This document shows, piece after piece, positions 1 to 10,712 of a stretch of DNA of 64,000 bases. Source of the DNA: Malacoraja senta (lineage: Eukaryota). The translations under genes were made by a program, and so were the position numbers. Positions within the stretch are counted from its first letter, which is position 1; every line of letters begins with the position of its first letter. A model generated the notes under the pieces. It was not told where the DNA came from. It worked only from the letters and a program-made list of their open reading frames with translations, and did no database searches. Location: NCBI GenBank assembly GCA_038087875.1, contig CM075990.1, positions 1,428,001 to 1,492,000 of the forward strand, written 5' to 3'.

Positions 1-1276
1 GATGTAATGGTAAATTAATGTTAGCTAAATTAAACTGATATATCATGGCCGTCCGAAGAGGGGGGGTGGTGCGTTGGGTGCGGTCGCATCCCACCTTTTT
101 TTCACAGAATAAGAAATATTCGCGAGGAAATAAATGGAGCGCAATCAGCGTTTACCCGTTGGGGGAAGTTGGGGGAAGCCGGTGACGCACTAGGGACGTA
201 ACATGACGCTGTCTCTCCGCGCGTGCGCAGTGGGTCCGGGCGGGATCAGGTCAGATCAATTTTCACTCCACACCAATGATACTAGAGCACCCTTTGCTCC
301 ACACAATCAGAGATCTCCTCGATGCCTCGTGTCTACTCAGGGTAAGTAGTGAAATGTTGCGTTGCGGGAGGGGGAGTCTTTTTCATATCCTGGGTGGCAA
401 ACTCCGTTTCTCCGTGGGGGGGGGGGCGCTGCGGTGTCTGCCCATCGCCTGGCGTCCACGGAGCGGGTCCGCTGCCGGCGGCCGGCGGACCAATCCGGGG
501 AGACCGTTCTCCCGTTGCCGGGCGGGATCCGGAACGACTGAATCTGAACCTGTCGGGCCCTCGCCTCCCCCTCCGCCCCCCCCCCCGCTGGGCCCACGCC
601 ACCTTTTCCCCGCCCACGCCACCCCACACTACCGCAGGGCCCACGCCTTTCTTCCGCCCCCCCGCAGCGGACCCGCGCCACCGCGGACAGTCGCCCCCCC
701 CGCGGACCCTCGCCTATCGCCTTTCGCCCCCCCCCCCGCGCAGCGGTCCCTCGCATATCGCCCCCCCCGCGGCGCGCACTCGCATCTCGCCCCCTCCCCA
801 CCCTCGCATCTCCCCCCCCCCACCCGCAGCGGCCCCTCGCATCTAGCCCCCCCAGCAGTGGACCCTCGCATCCTCCCCCAACGCTGCGTGGGAAGTAGGA
901 AGGTGAAAGAGGGGGGAATGTGAGACAGGGAGGGATGGGAGGGGGAGAGAGAGGGGAAGGAGGGGAGGGGAGAGAGAGAGAGATGGGGAGGGAAAGAGAG
1001 GTGGAGGGCAGAGGGAAACGGGGATTATCTTTAGTGACATTGGAAAATTAAGGTCGGTTTTAGAGCTATTATATTTTCTCCTCTATATGAATAATATTAA
1101 ACAATATCAAATAATATCAAACATTTGGAACTCCTTTCTTTTACTTGATAACAATACTGAAAAATATGAATTCCATAGTTTGTTACATAAATACACATTT
1201 TAATGGGAGCATTATATATAGATGTAACATTTCCATTTTGAGATCAAGGGGGTGGGGGCAAATATGCAAGGGCATA

Positions 1277-2252
1277 TGGAAGGGCATGCAAGAAATTACC
1301 AACTACAAGAGGAAAGCCCCCGCTCTTTGAACAATCGTCAGCTGAGCCACGACCTGAATGAGCTTTACTGCAGGTTTGAAAATCAGAAACGTTACTCTGC
1401 TAACCCCTCCCCAACAAACACAGCCCGACCCGTCTGCAAATGATGGACCCAGCTCCCTCTCCTTCCCATTCACCACTTCACACCTACGTAAGGCAAGACT
1501 CCAGTATGAAAAGAGTGGACCCTTTCCCACCCCAACTAATACTTCACACCCACTCACAGCCTGACCTCATTCTACAAAGACTGGGCCCTTCTACACCCAC
1601 CCCACTCCAATCACCACTTCACACACAATAACTCATTTTTAACCAGTCCCTGCAAACATGTACTGTCCCTGTCTGCTTCAAAGTCTCCACTATTGTCCCT
1701 GTACACAAAGAGGCAAGGATTACTTGTCTTAATGACTACAGGCCTGACGCACTGACCTCTGTAGTCATGAGGACCCTTGAAAAGGCTTGTGCTGGCCAAG
1801 CTGAAAAATATCACAATTCCCCTGCTGGACTCTCTGCAGTTTGCATATTGGGCCAATAGATTTGTGGATGACGCAGTCAATCTGGGCCTGCACTTCATTC
1901 TCCAGCACCTAGATCGCCAGGGGACCTATGCGAGCATTTTGTTTGTTGATTTTAGCTCTGCATTCAACACCATTTGTGCCAGAGCTACTACGCTCCAAAC
2001 GTTCCGAGTTTAGTGTGTCTGAACCCCTCTGTCGGTCGACCACCAGATTCCTGACAGACAGGAAGCGGCATGTGAGGCTGGAAAAGCACATCTCGGACCC
2101 GCAAACGCTCAGCGTAGGAGCAATGCATGGCTGCGTACTCAACCCTCTCCTCTACTCTCGCTACACCAATGACTGCACCTCCACAGACACCTCTGTCAAG
2201 CTTCTCAAGTTTGCGGACGACACAACCCTGATTGGACTGATCCAGGATGGGG
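1277..2252 (+). mobile_element. Degraded Rex1/Babar-type LINE ORF2 (RT) fragment
   Basis: Frameshifted RT motifs [43 protein letters not shown]. Copies at ~27315-28290 and ~47880-48928. Confidence 0.75.
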
Positions 2253-3190
2253 ATCTCTGTACTCTTTCCAGTTTGACATCTTTCCTACAACACGGTGCCC
2301 AGTACTGAACACAATATTCTAAATGCGGTCTCACCAACATCTTATACAATTGCAACATGACCTCCCGACATCTATACTCAATATTCTGACCGATGAAGGT
2401 CAAAATTCCAAAATATTTTTGACCACCTGATGTACCTGCGACTCGACCCTCAAGGAACCATCAACCATTCCTCTGCTCACCTGGCTAAATGATCCAGATC
2501 CTGCTGCAATCTTTCACAACCATCTTCACTATCTGCAAAACCACTCACTTCCGTATCATCAGCAAACTTGCTAATCTGGCACTGTTCTATGACGTTTCAC
2601 AGAGTGCTGGAGTAACTCAGCGGGCCAGGCTGAGTATAGAAGTTGGGAGGTCATGTTGCAGTTGCATAAGAAGTTGGTGAGGCAGTATTCAGAGCGTTGT
2701 ATTCAGTTCTGGGCACCATGTTATGGGAAAGATGTCATCAAACTGGAAAGGGTACAGTGAAGATTTACGAGGATGTTGCCAGGACTAGAGGGCCAGAGCT
2801 ATAGGGAGAGGTTGAGTAGGCTGGGACTCTATTTCATGGAGCACAAGAGGATGAGGGATGATCTAATAGAGGTGTATAAAATCATGATTTGATTAGATAT
2901 GGTTGAGTAGGTGAATCGAGGAGCAGAGGACATAAGTTTAAGGTGAAGGGGAAAAGATTTAATAGGAATCTGAGGGGTATATTTTTCACACAAAGAGTGG
3001 TAGGTGTATGGAACAAGCTGCCAGAGGAGGTAGTTGAGGCAGGGACTATCGCAACATTTAAGAAACAGTTAGACAGGTACATGGATAGGACAGGTTTGGA
3101 GGGATATGGATCAAACGTGGGCAGATGGGACAAGTGTAGATGGGACATGGTGGGCCGAAGGGCCTGTTTCCACACTGTATCACTCTATGA
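2253..3190. mobile_element. Patchwork of degraded CR1 LINE 3' fragments (both strands)
   Basis: CR1 ORF2 C-terminal motifs LVRPHLEYCVQYW (minus) and FFTQRVVGVWNKLPEEVVEAG (plus). Confidence 0.7.
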
Positions 3191-3272
3191 CTATCTATCT
3201 TTCCCTGTCAAACCCATTATATTGCCTTCTCCCCATTACCTCTGACACCCGTATCAATCAAGAATCTATCAA

Positions 3273-3423
3273 AGGTACACAAAAATGCTGGAGAAACTCA
3301 GCGGGTGCAGCAGCATCTATGGAGCGAAGGAAATAGGTAACGTTTCGGGCCGAAACCCTTCTTCAGACCTTCAACCCTTTGTGTACCTTCGATTTTCCAG
3401 CATCTGCAGTTCCTTCTTTAACA
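3273..3423. mobile_element. 151-bp Penelope-derived insertion with hammerhead-like core and 14-bp TSD
   Basis: Flanked by CAAGAATCTATCAA (3259-3272 and 3424-3437). Present in unit 2 (~29313-29463); single empty site in unit 3 (~49913-49926). Confidence 0.75.
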
Positions 3424-3852
3424 CAAGAATCTATCAATCTCTTCCTGAAAAATGTCCATTGACTTGGCCTCCACAACTGTCTGTGGCAATGAATTCCACA
3501 GTTCACCACCCTCTGACTTAAGAAATTCCTGCTCATCTCCTTCCTAAAGGAATGTCTTTTAATTCTGAGGCTGTGGCCACTGGTCCTAGACTCTCCCACT
3601 AGTGGAAACATCCTCTCCACATCCACTCCGTCCACGTTTTTACCAGGCTGGGACAGACTGCAACAGCTTCACACCATATCCCAAGGCTTGTGTCCTTTAA
3701 CTGCATCACCCAAGGCAGGAGAGACGTTATAGGAGAGGGCAAGCACCGTCACAAATTAGCTCATGATGGTTTGGGTAACATTCAGGAATGTCTATGCATG
3801 TCACATTATGCATTTTACTGAAGAAGGGTCTTGACCCGAAATATAATCTATC

Positions 3853-4384
3853 GTGTGGGAAAATGAACCCCACGCTCCCGTCTCCCCCTTCTCTCTCCCC
3901 TCTTCTCTATCTACCCCCCTCTCTCTCTCTCTCTCCCTTCTCTCTACCCTCTTCTCTCTCTCCTCTTCTCTCTCTCCTCTTCTCCTCTCACTCCCTTCTC
4001 TCTCCCTTCTTTCTCTCCTCCGTCTCCACCCGCGGGAGCGTCCCACAGTCACTGACCGCAGTCGGAGGGAGGGGGGGGGAATCACCCTGGTGTGGGGGTT
4101 GGGGTCCGATGGCGGTGCATCGCGGTCAGTGACTGTGGGACGCTCCCGCGGGTGGAGACGGAGGAGAGAGAGAGAAGGAATAGCGGGGTGAGAGAAGGGG
4201 GAGGGAGAGGAGGGAGAGAGAAAGGAGAGTGGGGGGTGAGAGGAGGGGAAGAGAGAGGAGGAGAAAGAGTAGAGTGGAGAGAGTGAAGAGGGTAGAGAGA
4301 AGGGAGAGAGAGGGAGAGGGGGGAGAGAGAGAAGTGGTGAGAGAGAAGGGGGGAGACGGGTGCGTGGGGTTCATTTTCCCACAC
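3853..4384. repeat. Fold-back (long inverted repeat) element with CT/AG-rich arms
   Basis: Ends GTGTGGGAAAATGAACCCCACGC / GCGTGGGGTTCATTTTCCCACAC; inner arms ~4013-4059 and ~4122-4168 are reverse complements. Copies at 29893-30443 and 50342-50968. Confidence 0.8.
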
Positions 4385-5804
4385 AAGCCATAGCTGACTG
4401 GGCAATCTGAACCCAAGCACCAAGTTGAAAGGGGCCGAATGTATGCATCGCTCGGGACAGCCCCCACTCTCCCACGGCCAACCTCCGCGGGCTGCGGGTC
4501 GGGTGGAGCGGAGGTTTGGGACAATGTTCATGTCTTCACAGTGATGTGATGGACGCGAGGGTCTGGACCAATCGCTGACAAGTCCCGCCCCCCGCAACGT
4601 CATGTCCGTTATTGGACTTTTCTGTTGAGCGGCAGTCAGTCCTTTGGCCTGTGGGCGACGCCGCCATTCGGGTAGTTGGCGTTATGACAGAGCGGCCATT
4701 CGGTAAGTTTGCTTTTAGGCGACGCTGCTTTTCGGTTCCTTGGGTTTAGGCGTCCCGCCCATTCGGGTAGTTTGCATTTAGGCGTCCCATCCCTTCGGTT
4801 AGTAGGCGTTTCGTCTTCGGACTCTTTCGGTTTATTGGCGTTTCGGCCTCGCTTCCATTCCGTTGTTTGGCTTCGACTTCTTTGCTTCGGCTTCTTGTCT
4901 GTCGGCGCCACGTCCGGGTACCATAATCTATACCTTTTCTCCAGAGATGCTGCCTGACCCACTGAGTTACTCCGGCACTCTGTGAAACGTCACCTATCCA
5001 TGTACTCCACAGATGCTGCCTGACTCACTGAGTTATCCAGCACTTTGTGCCTATTTTCCCTTCACCCATCTCCCCAAACCCACCTCCCCCTCCTTTTCTA
5101 TGTTCCTTTCCACCCATAAACCTCTCTCTGCCTTTACATTTCACTCCTCTTTCAAATCTGCTTTACTTATCTACATGCATTTTTCTTCTTAACTTTTTAG
5201 TCATAGAATGATGCAGTGTGGAAACAGGCCCTTCAGCCCAACTTGCCCACACCGACCAACATGTCTCATCTACAATAGTCCCACTCACACGCGTTTGGTC
5301 CAGATCCATCTAACCTGTCCTATCTGTACGTGTCTAAATGTCTCTTAAACATTAGGATAGTCCCAGCCTTAACTACCTCCTCTGGCAGCTCGTTCCATAC
5401 ACCCACCATCATAGAAACATAGAAACATAGCAAATAGGTGCAGAAGGAGGCCATTCGGTCCTTAGAGCCATTGTGATCATGGCTGATCGTCCCCTATCAA
5501 TAACCCGTGCCTGCCTTCTCCCCATATCCCTTGACTCTCCACTAGCCCCTAGAGCTCTATCTAACTCTCTCTTAAATCCATCCAGTGACTTGGCCTCCAC
5601 TGCCCTCTGCGGCAGGGAATACCACAAATTCACACAACTCTCTGGGTGAAAACGTTTTTTCTCACCTCAGTCTTAAATGACCTCCCCTTTATTCTAAGAT
5701 GCATCCTTTGTGTGAAAAAGCCACCTCTCAGATTCCTGTTAATCTCTGAAATATTGGTCATAGATTTGGGGCAAAAATGCTCCAAAATAAGGCTCGGAAT
5801 GCAT

Positions 5805-6675
5805 GCAATACAATACAATACAATACAATACCATTTATTGTCATTTGAACCTCAAATGAAGTTCAAACGAAATTTGGTTTCTGCAGTCATACAAACAGTA
5901 AAAAGAACCAAGACACAACACAATGTACACAAACATCCATCACAGCGAATCTCCTCCTCGCTGTGATGGAAGGCAAAGTCTTATCTCTCCCCTGCACTCC
6001 TCATTCTCCTCCCGATGTCAGAGTCAGAGCCCCCGGCGGGCGATGGAAAATAAGTCCCGCGGCCATTAAAGCTGCACTGGGCGATGCAAGGCTGCCCTCC
6101 GGGTCTGGATGTTGGAGCCCCCGGTAGCGCCAGCAAGTCCAGCGACCATTAAAGCCGCGCCGGGCGATGTTAGACCCACCTCCAGGTCATCTTCAACCCC
6201 GCAACTCGGGCGGGAGAAGTTGCCGTTGCGGGAGCCGCGAAAACCGGTCTCCCACCAGGGACCCGCGAGCTACCGATGTTACCGTCCACCTGACCTGCGG
6301 CTGGAGCCTCCGAATCTCCGGGGTCGGGTCACAGCCGCGCGTCACCGCAGCTCCTCCACGCTCCGAACTCGGCCAACTCCACGATGGTGAGTAGTCCGCA
6401 GGCTCTGCGACTGGAGCCCCAGGTCGTTCCGGTTGGAGGCCTCTCCACGGTGCTAGGCGCCAATGACAACGGAGACCCGACAGAGAAAGGTCGGGTCCTC
6501 CATACAGGGAAGAGATTTTTTAAGTTTCCCCCTCCCCCCCCCCCCCCGCCCCCCACATATACACAGTTAAAAACAATATAAAAAAACACAAACAACTACA
6601 TTTAACAAGACAAAAATAAAAAAAGACAGACGGAGTGCAGTCGAGCCGCTGCCGTTAGGCGCCGCCACTTCCGGA
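5805..6675 (-). mobile_element. Probable non-autonomous retroposon with microsatellite tail
   Basis: On the minus strand, a GC-rich body is followed by AATAAA and a (TATTG)n tail; no coding motifs. Present in all three units. Confidence 0.45.
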
Positions 6676-6941
6676 AGGTGCATCAGAGAGCATATAAAAC
6701 CCCAGAGCTTCCAGGGCCCTTAAGCGGGCCCTGTACCCCGGCACCGAGGGACTTCGCGCTCACATTATTTCACATTAAAATTTGTGTAATCCTGTCATGC
6801 CACCCCCCTTTTTGAAAAGCTTCGTGCGGGCCTGTATATACATATTGTCTGTGACCAAAGATAGACACAAAATGCTGGAGCAACTCAGCAGGACAGGCCG
6901 CATCTATGGAGAGAAGGAATGGGTGACGATTCGGGTCGAGA

Positions 6942-7434
6942 CATAGATACATAGATACATAGAAAATAGGTGCAGGAGTAGGCCATTCGGCCCTTCGAGC
7001 CTGCACCGCCATTCAATATGATCATGGCTGATCATCCAACTCAGTATCCCGTACCTGCCTTCTCTCCATACCCCCTGATCCCTTTAGCCACAAGGGCCAC
7101 ATCTAACTCCCTCTAAATATAGCCAATGAACTGGCGTCAACTACCCTCTGTGGCAGAGAGTTCCAGAGATTCACCACTCTCTGTGTGAAAACGTTTTTCC
7201 TCATCTCGGTCTTAAAGGATTTCCCCCTTATCCTTAAGCTGTGACCCCTTGTCCTGGACTTCCCCAACATCGGGAACAATCTTCCTGCTTCTAGCCTGTC
7301 CAACCCCATAAGAATTTTGTACGTTTCTATAAGATCCCCTCTCAATCTCCTAAATTCTAGCGAGTATAAGCCAAGTCTATCCAGTCTTTCTTCATATGAA
7401 AGTCCTGACATCCCAGGAATCAGTCTGGTGAACC
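6942..7434 (-). mobile_element. Young 5'-truncated CR1 LINE insertion (unit 1 only)
   Basis: (TATCTATG)n tail and CR1 ORF2 C-terminus; nearly identical to 61199-61695. Empty site GTCGAGACCCTTCTTCAG in units 2 (~32990) and 3 (~53492). Confidence 0.9.
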
Positions 7435-8000
7435 TTCTTCAGATCTGCAGAACTTTCCAACACTCATTGTTTGTGACCACGTTACGCGGGATAATGATGG
7501 GCTAGAAAGGTGTCACAGGTGACATTCAATGATTGCGCATACTTTCGACGGAACATATTCGAGGGCCGAAAGACCTCCTCCGATTACTGTGCTTCTGTTC
7601 TGTTTTCACAAGTTGTGATCTGGGATTTGAGTGTCGATCAGACCGATGGGAAAACCTCCCCTGCTCCGCCTCTGTCCCTGAATTTGCAATGTTTAAAGGG
7701 CGTGTGGTTCAGTGACCTGACCAGTCTTCGTCAGTCAAGGACTGAGGTGGAAAATGGCGAGAATTCTCTGTTTCTCTTGTCTGGTGAGATCTATATTCCG
7801 AATTGACAAAAATGTTCAGCAGCGGGATTACCACATCTGATGAACATGGTGCGTTATATAAAAATTGACGCAGAATTAGGTGAACGACTATGCCCGGATT
7901 CTTGAGTTGGAAGTGAACCGAGTTTCCTCATCTCCGTCCAAAATGGCCTCCACTTATTCTTAAACTGTGACCCCTTGTTAAGTACTGCAGTGGTAAAGTA

Positions 8001-8072
8001 GCCGAATAGCTCAGTTGGGAGAGCGTTAGACTGAAGATCTAAAGGTCCCTGGTTCAATCCCGGGTTTCGGCA
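8001..8072 (+). tRNA. tRNA-Phe-GAA: tRNA-Phe(GAA) variant with 1-nt deletion in the acceptor stem (possible pseudogene)
   Basis: Matches vertebrate tRNA-Phe but begins GCCGAATAG rather than GCCGAAATAG (72 vs 73 nt). Could be a homopolymer sequencing error. Confidence 0.85.
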
Positions 8073-8303
8073 ATGGTATTTATGACTTAAAAATTTAAAT
8101 CAGCGTTCATAGATGTATGGTTTATTCCAGCGCTATTATTCGTTACGCAGCCGTCAGTGCCGCTCAATCAAGGGTTAACGTTAACCTCCGGTGTTCTTTG
8201 ACTGTCTTTCTGCCTCCATATGACTTATTACATTTCCAGCAGGTACCACGATTTCCAGTCAAACACCACAGACATGCGATCGGTAATTAAATTGGCCATG
8301 TAG

Positions 8304-9951
8304 TAGGTATGTTACAATACTTACCTTCAGCGGCGCTGCAATTCTGCCACTGGCCGTGTGCGCGATTTTGGCGCCTTTAAGGGGGGCGGGGTTAAAACGC
8401 GGGTTTCTCCTACCTTGTCCTGGTTAATATTTCGTTGGAGTGCAAGCGTTTGCTGAAAAATCGTTCCGACGGGCGTTTTGTGTATTTATTATTTTTATTC
8501 GATCGACAATTTCAGCGCTGGAGTTATTTTAAAATCAGCTTCTGAAACCGTCAACGCCGACAACGGGGACGGATTTCACACACGGGACAGGTAAACGAAA
8601 GTAGTTTATTTTAATGTATAAAAGTGCTTCTTAAGAAGACTTTAATTCACATTTTTAATGCGAAACGGTAATTCTTTTCCCCGAACTAACGGCAGAATTT
8701 TTCATGCCGATACAGGGTTAAATTCACCGCAAATCAACGTTCCAATTGATCGTGTTCCAGAAAACCCCATTCGCAAGATGATTTAAATGCCCATTAATTT
8801 ACAGGTTTTAAACATTAAATTCCTTCCATTTGGCCTGTAAATCCATGACAATGAGATTTAAAAATTATGTTATATTGTGAATTCTTGTGTGAATGTTATT
8901 TGGACACTAAAAGGCCTGTCTCACGAGTCTGCGGTCTATGGCGGCGAAACGGGAGGAATCTGCCGCCATAGACCGCGCACTCGTGAGAAAGTACAATTCC
9001 CGGGCCGTGCGGTGGTGTTCCCAACACCGCGCGGTGCTAAAATAAAAACGACAATGTCCAAAACAAAATACTCACCGCACAACCTCCACCAGTGATGCAC
9101 AAGTGCGCACGGCCGCTCGCACGGGCCGCCGCCAGTATGGCTCGAGCGCCGTGCGTCAAACCTCCACTGGCACAGCCTCCGCCAGTGACGCACGTGCCGC
9201 CGCCAGTGATGCACGTGTGCTGCACGGCCGCAGGCACAGCCACCGCTACAGCGCCGCGATCAGGATGGCCGCCGCCACAGCCGCCGCTGGTGAGTCACGT
9301 GCGGCGGGCCGACGTCATCGCAGTCGGCCCGCCCTTTTTTTACTTACCGCAAGCACGTGGGACCCGCCGTGTTTGAATTAACTCGGCCCCCGCGCAACAT
9401 CCGTGCGGCGCTCCGGTGGATAGGCTCGACGCTCTCACCGTTGCCGCGCGGTCCTCGCTACCGGCGACGCCGCGCTTCACTGCCGATGACCACAAACAGG
9501 TAAGACAGAGCCTTTAGGCTATTTAAAAATGTTAATCTATTCCTAAGAAATTGATAGATATTTAGATCTAGTAATTGAATTTTGTAATTAGCTACAATTA
9601 GATAACTAACTAATTATATGCTTTCATTTCATGTCATCTAAGTAAGATTATTTCATATGTGTTTCAGAATGCTTCAATCTATAATAACTGAACATTTCTT
9701 TCAGTTCTCTTGATTATTAAGAAACTTATGGGCTTTTGACTGTCCTCGATCACAGCTTTTGTGTTAAGTCAATGGAAAAGCAATTGGGAACAAGATGCTA
9801 ATTTCCGAGTATGAAAATGGCCATAACTTTTTTAATACTGAAGATATGAAAGTGAATTAGGTGTCAAATTAAACTTCTTTTTATGCTTTATCTGATGGGA
9901 TAAATTACAGACTTTATTTTGTAAAATCTCAAAATTTTGTAACATTGGCTA
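8304..9951. mobile_element. Non-autonomous DNA transposon with short imperfect TIRs and 7-bp TSD
   Basis: TIRs TAGGTATGTTACAA / TTGTAACATTG(G)CTA; TSD CATGTAG at 8297-8303 and 9952-9958; empty site in unit 3 at 54380-54386. Confidence 0.85.
8911..9513. mobile_element. PIF/Harbinger-like MITE nested in the 7-bp-TSD element (unit 1 only)
   Basis: Imperfect TIRs AGGCCTGTCTCAC / GTAAGACAGAGCCT, flanked by TAA/TTA. Unit 2 shows the empty site ACACTTAGGC (~34471-34480). Confidence 0.75.
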
Positions 9952-10211
9952 CATGTAGCTCACCCTTTAGAACGGGGCTGTTTCGTGCATGGTATACGGC
10001 GGGATGTAGCTCAGCTACATAAATAGGAGAGGAATGGACGATAACATTTTAACGCAGAGTGAGATGTTACGCTAGGGCCGAACGACAGTTTTATTAACGT
10101 CTCGCGGGTGTATCTTTTACACCAGCAGACAAAAATTCTTACCAGAGGTAGATCCTTGGTGTATTGAGAGGATGATTCTCGTGACATTAGACACTGAAAA
10201 GTCTGAGCAAT

Positions 10212-10284
10212 GCCCGGCTAGCTCAGTCGGTAGAGCATGAGACTCTTAATCTCAGGGTCGTGATCTCGAGCCCCACGTTGGGCG
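10212..10284 (+). pseudogene. tRNA-Lys-CTT: tRNA-Lys(CTT) with mutated T-arm/B-box (likely pseudogene)
   Basis: Identical to vertebrate Lys-CTT except GTGGGTTCGAG -> GTGATCTCGAG (G52A, G53T, T54C). Confidence 0.85.
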
Positions 10285-10474
10285 ACACTTTCTTTAACCA
10301 TTATCAAATGCAAACATATGTCTACCCAGCCAATAGTTCAGGAATACTCTGCATTTTGGGAATCTAAGGATTTTATACCTTTGAAACCTATCGGTTACAT
10401 TAATCGGAGACAATTAACAGCAAGATGTGTTTTATTTATCGTGAAATAAAACGACAATGGTTGAGAGCGCCCAA

Positions 10475-10712
10475 CACACCAAACTGATCTCCCGGTGGCT
10501 CAGCACTTCTACTCCCCCTCCCATTCCAATTCCGACCTTTCTGTCCTGGTCCTCCGCCACAGCCAGAGTGAGGCCCAGCGCAAACTGGAGGAACAGCACC
10601 TCATATTTCGCTTGGGTAGTTTACACCCCGGCGGTATGAACATTGACTTCTCCAATTTCAGATAGCCCTTGCTTTCTCCCTCGTTCCCCTCCCCTTCCCA
10701 GCTCTCTCACAA
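10475..10712 (+). mobile_element. Penelope-like element 3' ORF fragment
   Basis: Translates to ...RKLEEQHLIFRLGSLHP.GMNIDFSNF, resembling a PLE GIY-YIG C-terminus. In unit 3 it continues into the hammerhead-bearing repeat at ~55216. Confidence 0.55.

Noticed and set aside
181..350. CpG-rich promoter-like motifs (TGACG, GCGCGTGCGCA) and a GGTAAGT splice donor
   Set aside because: No downstream exon or gene can be supported; such short motifs are expected in GC-rich transposon relics.
276..923. Long Pro/Gly/Arg-rich ORFs on both strands (also ~26324-27095, ~46917-47602)
   Set aside because: Low-complexity GC-rich tract; frames and lengths are not conserved between the three units, and there is no domain signature.
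7510..7806. 98-aa ORF open in all three units upstream of tRNA-Phe
   Set aside because: GTG start and no recognisable domain; the units are too similar for frame retention to imply selection.
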